64,000 nt of DNA, from assembly GCA_963769025.1 (NCBI GenBank), contig CAVYKI010000006.1, positions 631,986 through 695,985 of the forward strand, read 5' to 3'. Below are positions 28,334 to 39,451 of this stretch, in pieces (position 1 is the stretch's first letter; each line of letters opens with the position of its first letter). Made by a program: the position numbers and the translations under genes. Below the pieces are notes generated by a model. The model did no database searches. It was not told where the DNA came from and saw only the letters and a program-made list of their open reading frames with translations. This DNA is from an uncultured Verrucomicrobiae bacterium (GTDB lineage: Bacteria; Verrucomicrobiota; Verrucomicrobiia; Chthoniobacterales; Chthoniobacteraceae).

Positions 28334-30146
28334 CTACCGGTGTAACTCGTTGAAAACCCGTCCGAGCGCTCCCGTGGTCCAGATGAGCGGATAGAGCCGT
28401 TCGTGATACCACAGACGCGCGAAGTAAAAGCCGATCGGCGCCGGTTCGCGCCATTCGCCGGATTCGACACGCTCGATGAGCCAGCGCACGCCCCGTTCGA
28501 TGACTTCCCGGTGCGACGTCCCGGCCAGCGCCTCCACCGCGAGCGCCGTCTCCTCGACGCTCGAAGGCACGCCGCGCACGCCGCCCCAGCCGCCGTCGTC
28601 GTTCTGCGCCGCCGCAAGCCAGGCGGCCCCGCGCGCCGCGGGAGCCATCGCCGGCATCATGCCCGACTCCGCGAGTTCCCGGAGCGCGGAGACGACAAGC
28701 GCCGTTCCGTAGAGCGGATTCTCGTCGCCGGGGGCATGCTCATTCCCGAACCACAGCGGCACCCACGCGCCATCGTCGCGCTGCGTACGGATGAGATATG
28801 CAAGGCCGCGGTTCATCCCGCGCACAAGCGCGGGACGCGCACGCGGATCGACTTCGGTTCGCCATGCATTCCACGCGCGAAGCACATGCGCCGTGAGATC
28901 CTGCGAACTCCGATCAAACGGCAGCGCGCCCCAGCCGCGGCAGAATGTCGGGATGCCGCCGTCGCGATTTTGCAGCCCCATCAGCCATCGCACGCCCGCG
29001 AGCCCCGCGGCGTGAGTGGCCGGATCGAGTGGCCCGAGCCTTCGCAATGCGATCAACGCGCCCGGCGTGTCGTCCGCGTCCGGAACGCCGCCGGGCAGAT
29101 CCGTCCACGCCCAGCCGCCGGGCGCCGCGTGGGTGTAAGGATGCTCCACGCGCCACTGCTGGCCCAGCAGCCAACCGCGAAGCACGGCGCACTGTTCCGA
29201 TGCGAGCACATCGGCCTGATGCGCCAGCGCCTTGATCGCGAGCGTCGTGGTCCACGTCGCGAGATTGGTATCGATCGGCCAGCTCCCGTCGGCGCGCACC
29301 GACGCGACCAGAAACTCCGCACCTTTTTTCGCGACGATGTGCGAAGCATGCCCCATCGAGGCGAGGCTCATCGTGACGAATGACGTGAGCGGTGTTGCTT
29401 CGAGAAATCCCCCGTTCGGCGGCTGCAACGTCTCAAGCACACGCAGCGTCTTCTTTCGCGCCATCGTCGCGCAGCGCGCCGGTGAGCGGATTCCTCGTCG
29501 GCGCGTGATGGTGGATCGCCTGCCCGATCGCGATGAGCGCGGGCAATGCGTAGCTGACCACCGGCAGCCGGAGCGCGCCCCAGAAACGATGCGACATCGC
29601 GGCGAGCTCGAACGGCAGCTTCGGCACGAGGCGCCAGCCGTCCGGACCGAGGCGTCCGGAGAGCGCGAGCGTCATCAGGATCGGGACGGAAAAGGTGCGG
29701 TCCTTTCCGTAGCGCCGCGCGATGACTTCCGGCAGGAGAGCGGTGCGCCAGCCATCCTGCGAGGCCGGAGCCGGGGACTCGTCGGCTCCACATTGTCGCC
29801 GAATCCACGCCTCGGCGTTCTCAACGACCTTGGGGAAATCCGAGTCGGCGTCCGCGGCGCCGAGCGCGGCCCAGCAGAGTGCGGTGGTGGAGATGTTCGA
29901 CTTGCTGCGCGTCGTGTCGCCCCAGCCGCCGTCGGCGTTCACATTCTGCGCGAGCCACGCCAGCCCGCGGCGGATCAATTCCGCATGCCGCGCGCGATCC
30001 GCCGTCGCCAGCGCCGTCACGGCGGTCGCGGTCGAGAGCGCGCTCGCAGAGAGTTCGCCGGTCCAGTGCCCGGCGGGATTCATCTCCGCGAGCAAGGCGG
30101 AGGTCGCACGCTGCAACGCGGCGGCGAGCCGATCCCGGTCGGTCAT
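28334..30146 (-). CDS. Squalene-hopene cyclase-like prenyltransferase; apparent frameshift ~29460
   Basis: HWTGELSASALSTA, QW repeats (NADGGWG, QNRDGG, QRDDGAW, QNDDGGWG), GGWAWTDLPGGVPDADDT and IGFYFARLWY. Confidence 0.8.
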
Positions 30147-30210
30147 CGCGCGGATTGCGCGCCATTCCATCGCGCGGATTGCGCGCTACCCGATCGCGCG
30201 GATTGCGCGC
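30145..30210. repeat. Three 24-bp-period copies of ATCGCGCGGATTGCGCGC
   Basis: Copies start at 30145, 30169 and 30193; 6-nt spacers differ. Confidence 0.9.
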
Positions 30211-30213
30211 CGC

Positions 30214-31372
30214 TCATACCTCCAGCAGCAGTCGCGAAGGCTGTTCGATCGCTTCCTTCACCCGGACGAGGAACGTCACCGCCTCGCGCCCGTCCACGAC
30301 ACGATGGTCGTAGCTCAGCGCGAGATACATCATCGGCCGCACGACGACCGCGCCATTCACGGCGACCGGGCGCTCCTGAATCTTGTGCATCCCGAGGATG
30401 CCGCTCTGCGGCGGGTTCAAAATCGGCGTGCTCAGCAGGCTCCCGTACGTTCCGCCATTGCTGATCGTGAAAACTCCGCCGGACAGATCGTCGAGCCCGA
30501 TCTTCCCGTCGCGCGCCTTCGCGGCGTACGCGACGAGATCGCGCTCGATCTCGGCGAAGGACTTCCGGTGTGCGTCGCGGACGACCGGAACCATCAGCCC
30601 GCGCTCGGTGCCCACCGCGACGCCGATGTCGTAGAAATGGTTTTGCACGAGGTCATCGCCATCGACGCGCACGTTCACCTGCGGCACGGCCTTCAGCGCG
30701 GCGACGACGGCCTTGATGAAAAACGACATGAAGCCGAGCTTGATGCCGTGCTGCTTCTGGAAGTCCTCGCCCATCGACTTGCGCAGCGCCATCACCGCCG
30801 ACATGTCGGCCTCGTTGAAGGTCGTGAGGATCGCCGCGGTGTGCTGCGCCATCACGAGCTGCGCGGCGATTTTCCGGCGAAGGGGCGACAGGCGCTTGCG
30901 CGTGACCCGTTCGGTTTCCTGCGCGGCTGGCTTTTCTGAAATCACAGCGGGCTGCTGCCTCCTCGGCGGCGCTTTTCTCGGCAACGGGTGCCGCAGCCGC
31001 AGCTGGCGCAGGCTCAGGTTTCGCCGCTTCCTTCGCCGGCTTCGCCGCACCTTTCGCGGACTTCGCCGCCTCCTTCGCAGGCTTCGGCGCTTCCTTGGGC
31101 GCTTCCGCCTCGGCGGTTTTCGGTGCAGGTGCGGCTGCGCCGTCCTCGATGGTCCCGACCACTTCGCCGATTTTCACCTCCGCGCCAGCCTGAGCCTTGA
31201 TGCGCAGCGTGCCATCCGCATCGGCGGTGATTTCCGTGGAAACCTTGTCCGTATCGAGCGTCAGGAGCGTGTCCCCCTTGGCGACCATATCGCCATCATT
31301 TTTCAGCCACGCGGAGATCACTCCGCTCGTCACCGATTCGCCGACCGCAGGGATTTTGACTTCAAGACTCAT
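30214..31372 (-). CDS. sucB: 2-oxoglutarate dehydrogenase E2 dihydrolipoamide succinyltransferase; frameshift ~30960
   Basis: Lipoyl domain [42 protein letters not shown]. Confidence 0.93.
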
Positions 31373-31451
31373 GTGCTTCGCTTTGGATTGGGTCCGGAGC
31401 AATGCAGCATCGCCGCCGCCGTGACAAGCGCATCGTTTCCGCCGCTGCCGG

Positions 31452-34234
31452 TCACATCTCGAACGCCCGGCGCACGAGTTGCGCCTGTTCGAGGTCGCTG
31501 ATTTTCTTTGAGCCCACTGCCGTGCTCGCTGCCTCGTCGCGCCCGGCGTAAAACGGGCTTTGTCCCGCGAGGTGGCGCAGGCGCGGAGCGATGGTAGCGC
31601 CACGCGCCCATGTTCTCCGGTTCCTCCTGGCACCAGACGAATTTCTTCGCCTTCGGGTACTGCGCGATGGCGTCGGCAATCGCAGTCTCGTGCAGCGGGT
31701 AGAGCTGCTCGACCCGTACGAACGCCGTGCGGCTGATCTGGTTTTCGTCGCGGAATTTGATCAGGTCGTGGAAGACTTTCCCCGAGCTGAAAATGATGCG
31801 CGTCACGTCCTCCCGCTTGCAGTTCAGCGACTCGGTGCCGTCGAAAATTTCGTGGAAACGGCCGTCGGTGAAGTCGCCGAGTTTCGACGCGGCGGCATCG
31901 AGACGCAGCATGGACTTCGGCGTCATCAGGACGAGCGGCTTGCGGAATTCGCGCATCATCTGGCGGCGCAGAATGTGGAAGTACTGCGCCGACGTGGTGA
32001 GGTTCGCGACCTGGATGTTGTCCTCCGCGCAGAGCTGGAGGAAGCGTTCCAACCTCGCGCTGGAATGCTCGGGCCCCTGGCCTTCGTAGCCGTGCGGGAG
32101 CAGCAGGACGATGCCGCTCGGCCTTTGCCATTTGCTCTCGGCGCTCACGATGAACTGGTCGATGATCACCTGCGCGCCGTTTACGAAATCGCCGAACTGC
32201 GCCTCCCACTGGCAGAGCATCTCCGGGTAATTCAGCGAGTATCCGTAGTCGAACCCGAGCACCGCCGCCTCGCTGAGCAGCGAGTTGTAAATGCAGAGCT
32301 TTCCCTGTTTCCCGGGATTCAGCAGTTCGAGCGGGCACCAGCGCTGCTGCGTGTTCACATCGTAATAATACGCGTGCCGCTGGCTGAACGTGCCGCGGCG
32401 GCAGTCCTGACCGCTGAGCCGGATGTGTTTTCCCTCGAGCAGCAGCGAACCCCACGCGAGCGCCTCGGCGGTCGCCCAGTCAAAGCCTTCGCCGCGCTCG
32501 AACGCCTGCCGCCGCTTGTCGAGGACGAACGTCTTCACGCGCGGATGGATGTTGAAGCCTTCCGGAACCGTCGTGATGCCGGCGATGATTTTGCCGAGCA
32601 CGTCCTTCGGGACGGCCGTTTTCACCGGATCGTGTGTGTAGGGCGGCTGGAGCACGTAGTTGCTGCCCTCGAGCGTCGCGAGTTTCTTCTCCTTGCCCTG
32701 CTTGCGATCCTTCGCGGTCTCCTGCGCCTCGGCGAGCGCGGCTTCGAGGAGCGACCGGATCTTCTTTTGCTCGGCAACGGCGGCGTCCTCGGTGAGCACG
32801 CCCTCGGCGACGAGTCGCTCCTTGAAAATCGTGCCGACCGGCGGATGCGACGAAATCTCGCGGTACATGACCGGGCTGGTGAAGGCCGGCTCGTCGTTCT
32901 CGTTGTGCCCGTGGCGGCGGTAGCAGACGATGTCCACGACGACGTCGCGCTTGAACTCCTGCCGGAACTCGAACGCCAGCTCCGCGCAGAAGCGCACCGC
33001 GAGCGGGTTGTCGCCGTTCACGTGGAAGACCGGCGCATCGACCATCTTCGCGACATCCGTGCAGTACTGCGAGGAACGCGCATCCGCGGGCAGCGTGGTG
33101 AAGCCGATCTGGTTGTTCGAGATGATGTGGATCGTGCCGCCGACGTGATAGCCCGCGAGCTGCGACATGTTAAAAACCTCCGCCACGATCCCCTGCCCGG
33201 CCATCGCCGCGTCGCCGTGGATCAAAATCGGGACGACCTTGGAGCGTTCGGTCATGTCCTGCCGGTGGCGCTGGCGCGCGCGGGTCATGCCCATGACGAC
33301 CGGGTCCACCGCCTCGAGATGGCTCGGATTCGCGCTCAGGCGCACCTCGATTTGTGCCTTCGACGGCAGCACTTCGCGCGTGTTCACGTAGCCGAGGTGG
33401 TACTTCACGTCGCCGTCGCCGTACACGGAGTCCGGCATGAAATTCGGATCGAACTCCTGGAACATGAGGCGGTAGGGCTTCCGGAGAAACTGCACGATGA
33501 TCGCCAGCCGCCCGCGGTGCGCCATGCCCATGGTGATCTCCTCCACGCCGAGGCGCGGACAGTTTTCCAGCACGGCATCCAGCGCGGAGATGAGCGACTC
33601 GCCGCCCTCGACGCTGAAGCGCTTCTGGCCCTTGTAGGCGACCGTGTGCAGGAAGTTCTCGAACGCCTCGACCTCGTGGATATGCCGCAGCATCCGCGCC
33701 TTCGTCGGCGCATCCACGCTCCACTCCGCGCGGTTCTCGATGCGCTTGCGCAGCCAGCTCCTCACGCGCGGGTTCGCGATGTGCATGAACTCGAAGCCGA
33801 TGTCGTCCGAATAGATCGCCTCCAGCTTTTCGCGCAGTTCGCGCAGCGGCATCGCGGCGCCGCCGAGGAAGTAATTTGAGGCGACCACCAGATCGAGGTC
33901 CTTCTCCTCAAAGCCCAGTTCACGCAGGCTCAGCAGTTCATTCTCCGGGGCGCTGCTCCGCGAGCGGGTTCGTCCACGCGATCGTATGGCCGAGCGTCCG
34001 GTAGGCGTACACGAGGCCGTCCACGCGCGTTTGCAGCGAGGCGTCGCCGGCAGCGCGCTTCGCCTCCGGCGCCGAGCCATTCGCGCCCGGCGCATGATGC
34101 TCAAACTTTTCAAAGCCGAGCTGAAACCCCTCGCAGAACGCGCGGAGCGACGGCTCCACGGAGGCGGGCTCCTTCAGCCAGCGCTCATAGGTTTCCTCGA
34201 GAAGTTCCGCGTTTGGACGGGTCGCTAAGTTCAT
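31452..34234 (-). CDS. sucA: 2-oxoglutarate dehydrogenase E1; frameshifts ~33950 and ~31590
   Basis: GQKRFSVEG, GMAHRGRL, GDVKYHLG, HGDAA, RRHGHNE, WEAQFGDF and PHGYEGQGPEHSS. Confidence 0.95.
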
Positions 34235-34303
34235 TGCCTTGAAAAATGGACACGCATGCTAATGGCCGTCGCGCAAATTGCAATCTCCGCGCCCGGCGCC
34301 GGT

Positions 34304-34735
34304 TCACTCCTCCTCGCGGGAATCGCGGGGCGGGTAGCGGACCATCGAGGTGAACTTGTGCGGCCCGAAGCCGAACGACCGGTAAAACTCCTGCGCGTCG
34401 CGCGTGAACAGATCGATGCGGCAGCCGCGAAGCTCCGGGTGTTCGAGGATGCGGGTGAGCATCCACCGCCCGATCCCGGCGCCGCGGTACTCCTTTCCGA
34501 TCACGAAATCGCACAGGTAGCCGACCGTCGCCGCGTCCGTGACGACCCGCGCAAAGCCCGCGAGCTTCCCCTCGCGCAGCAGCGCAAAGGACAGCGACCG
34601 CCGCACGCTCCGCTCGATCACTTCGCGCCCGCGCGCCTCCGCCCAGTACGTGCCCCACAGCAGCGAGCACAGCTCGGCAAAATCAATCCGCCCGGGATCG
34701 TCGGTCAGAGTGAAATCGTCGCGGGTCCATTCCAT
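34304..34735 (-). CDS. GNAT family N-acetyltransferase
   Basis: GFARVVTD...YLCDFVI..EYRGAGIG...FYRSFGF. Confidence 0.88.
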   Translation of the reverse strand: MEWTRDDFTLTDDPGRIDFAELCSLLWGTYWAEARGREVIERSVRRSLSFALLREGKLAGFARVVTDAATVGYLCDFVIGKEYRGAGIGRWMLTRILEHPELRGCRIDLFTRDAQEFYRSFGFGPHKFTSMVRYPPRDSREEE

Positions 34736-34829
34736 GCCGGGCGACGCTGCCGCATCCCGCGCCGCGCGTCCATCCCGCAAAAAACACGGCGATTGCACAC
34801 CGCCGGCCCGCTCTGCCAGCGTGTGGGCA

Positions 34830-35615
34830 ATGAAAGTTCCCTACTTCCAAGTGGACGCGTTCACCGAGCGCCCGTTCAGCGGCAATCCCGCCGGCGTGTG
34901 CCTGCTCGACCGCTGGGTGCCCGATGCCGTGCTCCAGCAAATCGCCGAGGAGAACAACCTCTCCGAAACCGCATTCCTCGTCGGCGGCGGCAGCTCGTGG
35001 GATCTGCGCTGGTTCACTCCCACGGTCGAGGTGGACCTCTGCGGCCACGCCACGCTCGCCGCAGCCTTCGTCATTTTCACCGAGCTCGGCCATTCCGCCT
35101 CGGCGGTATATTTCAAGACCTCGAGCGGCGAACTCGGCGCCACCTTCGCGGACGGCGTGGTGATGATGGATTTCCCGTCGCGCCCCGGCCAGCCGTGCGC
35201 CGCGCCGCCGGGGCTCATCAGCGGCCTCGGCCACATCCCGCGCGAAGCGCGCAAGAGCCGCGACTTCCTCGCGCTCCTCGGCAGCGAGGAGGAAGTGCGC
35301 ACGCTCACGCCCGACCTCCCGCAGCTCGCGACGCTCGACTGCCTCGGCATCATCGCCACCGCACGCGGAAGCGACGTTGATTTTGTCTCCCGCTTCTTCG
35401 CCCCGCGCGCGGGCATCGCGGAGGATCCCGTCACCGGTTCCGCGCACTGCACGCTCATTCCGTATTGGGCGGAAAAGCTTGGCAAGCAGCGTCTCATCGC
35501 CCGCCAGCTCTCGCGCCGTGGCGGCACCATCCACTGCGAGATGCGCGGCGAACGTGTCGGCATCGGCGGAAGCGCAGCGCTCTACAGCCGCGCGCAGCTC
35601 CAGATTCCGGACTGA
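34830..35615 (+). CDS. PhzF family epimerase-like protein
   Basis: QVDAFT, GNPAGV, NLSETAF, EVDLCGHATLA and EDPVTGSAH. Confidence 0.93.
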   Translation: MKVPYFQVDAFTERPFSGNPAGVCLLDRWVPDAVLQQIAEENNLSETAFLVGGGSSWDLRWFTPTVEVDLCGHATLAAAFVIFTELGHSASAVYFKTSSGELGATFADGVVMMDFPSRPGQPCAAPPGLISGLGHIPREARKSRDFLALLGSEEEVRTLTPDLPQLATLDCLGIIATARGSDVDFVSRFFAPRAGIAEDPVTGSAHCTLIPYWAEKLGKQRLIARQLSRRGGTIHCEMRGERVGIGGSAALYSRAQLQIPD

Positions 35616-35631
35616 GCGGCCTCCTTGCGGG

Positions 35632-35668
35632 AAAAAAAGCGCCGCACCCATTTGCACAGGTGCGGCGC
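35632..35668 (-). terminator. Intrinsic terminator between convergent genes
   Basis: A7 followed by the GCGCCGCACC / GGTGCGGCGC stem. Confidence 0.7.
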
Positions 35669-35692
35669 CGTGGGAATCAGGAGAGCGGCTGG

Positions 35693-35971
35693 CTACTTCT
35701 TCTTGCCCTTGGCGGTAAACTCTTCCTTCGTGAGCTTGCCGTCGTTGTTCGCGTCCTTCTTGGCAAAGGTCGCAGCGGCCTTGTCCTTGTCCTTGGCGTT
35801 GGCGGTGAACTCGTCCTTGGTGACGGATTCCTTGCCGCCGGAGATCTTGGCCCATGCGGCCTCGGGATCGGCCTTTTTCTTTTCGCCCTTGGCGGCGTCC
35901 GCCGCGGAGGCGGTCTGGACAAACGCGATGCTGATGGCGAGCGCTGCAATCGTGGAGATGATACGTTTCAT
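35693..35971 (-). CDS. Small secreted EF-hand protein
   Basis: Signal peptide; FAKKDANNDGKLTKEEF. Confidence 0.8.
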   Translation of the reverse strand: MKRIISTIAALAISIAFVQTASAADAAKGEKKKADPEAAWAKISGGKESVTKDEFTANAKDKDKAAATFAKKDANNDGKLTKEEFTAKGKKK

Positions 35972-36163
35972 TTTCTTTTGGGGTTGTTGTTGATGTTGTC
36001 GTCGCCCGCGCCACCGCTTCAAACAGCAGCGGGATGACGTCGAGAGGGAAACCTTTCGCACGTCCGGCAGCAACAGACTAATTTGCCAAAAAGTTGCCCT
36101 CGCTTGTCCTAAACCTCTAACGTCCGGCTATCGCCTGACTTCCGATCCGAAGTGACCTGACCC

Positions 36164-37675
36164 GTGATTCCCGTGCGCGCCCTCCTCCCATTGCTCGCTG
36201 TTTTCGCCTCGGCGGAAGCACCAACGCTTTGTGCCGCCCCCCGTCCGCCCGTCCTGAAAGCCGAGCGCTTTGACCGGGATCCCGGCTGGGAGGGGCACAA
36301 CAACCGCATCGTTCCGAAAAGGACGCAGATGGTGAAACAGGACTTCGGCTACAGCGGGACGCACTTCGCGGGCAAGGCCGCGGGCGAAATGGGCGGCGTC
36401 ATCCAGCGCGCCACGACACCCGCGCAATACGCGGCCCCGCTCGCTCCGGCGAAGACGCTCGACGACAGGCTCACGGCTTCCGGGACGTTCGCCATCAGCG
36501 GCGCGACGCCGGGCGCGGGCGTGTTCTTCGGATTCTTCCATTCGCAGCAGCCCGGTGGCAGCGGCAGGCCCATCGGTTCGCTCGGACTGCATTTTGACTT
36601 CGAGGGGAAAGGCGGGCGCCTCGCCGTGCGACTGATCACCGGCTCGAACAAATCGTGCGGCACGTTCACCACGCCGTATCTCCCCGGCAAGTTCCGCCCC
36701 ACTCCGCTCAAGCTCGACGGCACGCGCTACCATTGGACGCTCGATTACGATCCGCAGGGCGCCGAGGGCAACGGGCGTTTCACCTTCACGATGCGCAGCG
36801 ACACGCATACGGCGCAGGACTACGGCCCGCTGCCGCCGGCATCGCAGAAGGAAGCGCAGGCGCGGTTTCCGAACACGAAGACCTTCACCGTGGACCTCAC
36901 GCCCGGATTGAAGATGGAAAACGCGACCTTCGACCGCTTCGGAGTGTGCAACATGATGAAGTCGGGCGGCACGGCGACGATGTTCTTCGACGACCTGCAG
37001 TTCAACGGACAGGCGCAGGATTTCTCCCATGACCCGGGGTGGATCGGCGCGGGCAATCGCGCGGGCTACGAGGATCGCGAAATCACCGGCGCGCACAACT
37101 TCGGCTACAGCGCGGAGACGAATTTCGCGGGCGGCGCGCCGGGAGAAGTCGGCGGCGGCCTGTGGCGCAGCGGCGACTTTGGCTACTACGCAGACCGCGT
37201 CGGCCCGCTGAATCTCGACCAGCGCCTGGAAGCGCGCGGAAGGGTGAAGCTCGTGACCGCCGGGCCGGATTCCGACATGCAAATCGGCTGGTTCAACAGC
37301 GCCGCAAAAGACAAGGGCGCAGGCGATGCGGAAAATTTCGTCGGCATCCACGTGGGCGGGCCGACGCGCATCGGCCATTATTTCATCCCCGCATGTGCGA
37401 CCGCGAAAGGAACGAAGGGCAAGGTGGACAAAGGCCCGATCCTCACTCCGGGAAAAGTCCTCGACTGGTCGCTCCTCTACGATCCCGCCGCGAACGGCGG
37501 CGGCGGCGAGATGCGCGTGACGCTCGGCACGGAGTCCGTGACGCTCGCGCTAAAGCCGGGCCAGAAGGCGCAGGGGGCGACGCTGGATCGCTTCGGCATC
37601 TTCACCTCCACCGCAGGCGGGCAGATGGTGAAAATCTACCTCGACGACTTGCAATACACCGCCGGCCGACCGTAA
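36164..37675 (+). CDS. Secreted hypothetical protein with two-fold internal domain repeat
   Basis: Signal peptide; DPGW.G..NR...FGYS...FAG...GE.GG and DRFG...DDLQ each occur twice. Confidence 0.75.
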   Translation: MIPVRALLPLLAVFASAEAPTLCAAPRPPVLKAERFDRDPGWEGHNNRIVPKRTQMVKQDFGYSGTHFAGKAAGEMGGVIQRATTPAQYAAPLAPAKTLDDRLTASGTFAISGATPGAGVFFGFFHSQQPGGSGRPIGSLGLHFDFEGKGGRLAVRLITGSNKSCGTFTTPYLPGKFRPTPLKLDGTRYHWTLDYDPQGAEGNGRFTFTMRSDTHTAQDYGPLPPASQKEAQARFPNTKTFTVDLTPGLKMENATFDRFGVCNMMKSGGTATMFFDDLQFNGQAQDFSHDPGWIGAGNRAGYEDREITGAHNFGYSAETNFAGGAPGEVGGGLWRSGDFGYYADRVGPLNLDQRLEARGRVKLVTAGPDSDMQIGWFNSAAKDKGAGDAENFVGIHVGGPTRIGHYFIPACATAKGTKGKVDKGPILTPGKVLDWSLLYDPAANGGGGEMRVTLGTESVTLALKPGQKAQGATLDRFGIFTSTAGGQMVKIYLDDLQYTAGRP

Positions 37676-37684
37676 GCGCTCCGC

Positions 37685-38674
37685 ATGAAATTCCCCGCCC
37701 TCGTCCTCACGCTCTGCACGCTGTTCGCTGCTGAAACAGTCATCGCCGATGATGCCCCGAAAGCGCTCTCCGCCACTCCGGGCGTCCGGATTCTGGAGGG
37801 GCATGGCAGCTCAGTGCTGGCCGTCGCCTTCTCGCGGGATGGAAAGACCCTGGCCACAGGCAGCCGCGACAAGACGATCAAATTGTGGGACGCGGCGACC
37901 GGGAAATTGAAACGCACCCTGACCGAGCACACGGGGGACGTGTATGATCTCGCCTTCTCTCCGGGTGGCGAATCGCTCGCGAGCTGCGGGACGGACAAAA
38001 CGATTCGCATTTGGGACGCGGCCACCTTCGAGACGAAGTCCGTGCTCGAAGGGCACACCGACATTGTCCGCTCGATCGCCTTTTCGCCCGACGGCAAACG
38101 CCTCGCGAGCGTCAGCCTGGACCTGACTGTGCGAGTGTGGGACGTGGCGGAGGCGCGCCTGGCGCAAACGCTCCCCGGCCACACGGCGCGGGTGAAATCC
38201 GTCGCATGGTCCCCGGATGGCCGCACGATCGCCAGTGCGAGCAGCGACCGGAGCATCCGCCTTTGGGATGCCGTGTCGGGCGGGCTGAGGTTGGAAATCA
38301 AAGGCCATAGCGGCGACTTGGAAGAACTGGCGTTTTCACCCGATGGCAAAACGATCGCGAGCAGCAGCAATGACACCACCGTCCGGCTTTGGGACGCGGA
38401 GACGGGCAAACCGGTGAGGACACTGGAAGGTCACACCGCCGAGGTGGATTCGGTGACATTTGCCCCGGACGGAAAAGTGCTCGTCAGCGGTTCCAAGGAC
38501 AAAACGATCAAGTTCTGGGACGCGGAGACGGGAAAATTGCTGCGCACGCTGACGGGCGCCACCGGCCGGATCGAGTCGCTCACTTTTTCTCCCGACGGGA
38601 AGATCCTGGCGACGGGCGGCGGCGGCGGCGACACGGCGGTGAGGATGTGGGATCTGAGCGGCACGCACGAATAA
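37685..38674 (+). CDS. Secreted WD40-repeat protein
   Basis: Seven GH...AFSPDG...D.TI.LWD repeats. Confidence 0.93.
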   Translation: MKFPALVLTLCTLFAAETVIADDAPKALSATPGVRILEGHGSSVLAVAFSRDGKTLATGSRDKTIKLWDAATGKLKRTLTEHTGDVYDLAFSPGGESLASCGTDKTIRIWDAATFETKSVLEGHTDIVRSIAFSPDGKRLASVSLDLTVRVWDVAEARLAQTLPGHTARVKSVAWSPDGRTIASASSDRSIRLWDAVSGGLRLEIKGHSGDLEELAFSPDGKTIASSSNDTTVRLWDAETGKPVRTLEGHTAEVDSVTFAPDGKVLVSGSKDKTIKFWDAETGKLLRTLTGATGRIESLTFSPDGKILATGGGGGDTAVRMWDLSGTHE

Positions 38675-38748
38675 GCCTCACTCCCAAACATGCGTCTCAT
38701 CGCGATTTTCGAAAGACGCCCTGAAAACTCATCATCCACATCGAACCC

Positions 38749-39417
38749 ATGAAAACCCCCGCCCTCCTCCTCGCGCTCTGCGCACTCGCCACCGCCGCCT
38801 TTGCGCAGACGCCCGCAAAACCCAACGCGCTCGCGCCGATCGAAGATCAGCCCGGCCTGCCGCGCGTGCTGCTCATCGGCGATTCCATTTCGATCGGCTA
38901 CACGCCGCCCGTGCGCGAACTGCTCAAGGGCAAGGCGAACGTCCATCGCATCCCGACGAACGGCGGCCCGACGAAGAACGGCACGGCCAGCATCGAGAAG
39001 TGGCTCGGGAACGGAAAATGGGACGTGATCCACTTCAACTGGGGCATCCACGATCTGAAATTCATGCCCGACGGAAAGCGGCAGGTGGAGCCCGAGGACT
39101 ACGAGAAAAACCTCCGCGCGCTCGTGGCACGGATGAAGGCGACCGGCGCGAAGCTCGTCTGGGCGACCACCACGCCGATTCCCGACGGCGAACTCAATCC
39201 GCCGCGTTCCTTTGGGAAGGTGCCGGAGTACAACGCGATCGCGAAAAAGGTGATGACCGAACATGCCGTCGCCATCGACGACCTCAACGCGGCCATCACG
39301 CCGCACCTCGCGAAACTTCAGAATCCCAAGGACGTCCACTTCAAGCCCGAGGGCTCGGCATTGCTCGCAAAGCACGTGGCCGCGAGCATCGAAGCCGCGC
39401 TGCAGCCGAAGAAGTGA
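38749..39417 (+). CDS. SGNH/GDSL hydrolase
   Basis: LIGDSIS, FNWGIHD and DVHF. Confidence 0.9.
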   Translation: MKTPALLLALCALATAAFAQTPAKPNALAPIEDQPGLPRVLLIGDSISIGYTPPVRELLKGKANVHRIPTNGGPTKNGTASIEKWLGNGKWDVIHFNWGIHDLKFMPDGKRQVEPEDYEKNLRALVARMKATGAKLVWATTTPIPDGELNPPRSFGKVPEYNAIAKKVMTEHAVAIDDLNAAITPHLAKLQNPKDVHFKPEGSALLAKHVAASIEAALQPKK

Positions 39418-39451
39418 CGCGCCTTGCGCGTCCGGGCTTGCGGATGTGGGC

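Noticed and set aside
30145..30210. Mini-CRISPR
   Set aside because: 18-bp repeats with 6-bp spacers are far too short.
31591..33879. 762-aa plus-strand ORF (and similar long ORFs at 5540-7027, 25014-26450, 44586-46502, 46259-48124, 48564-50672, 59406-60872)
   Set aside because: Antisense shadows of well-supported genes, common in high-GC DNA.
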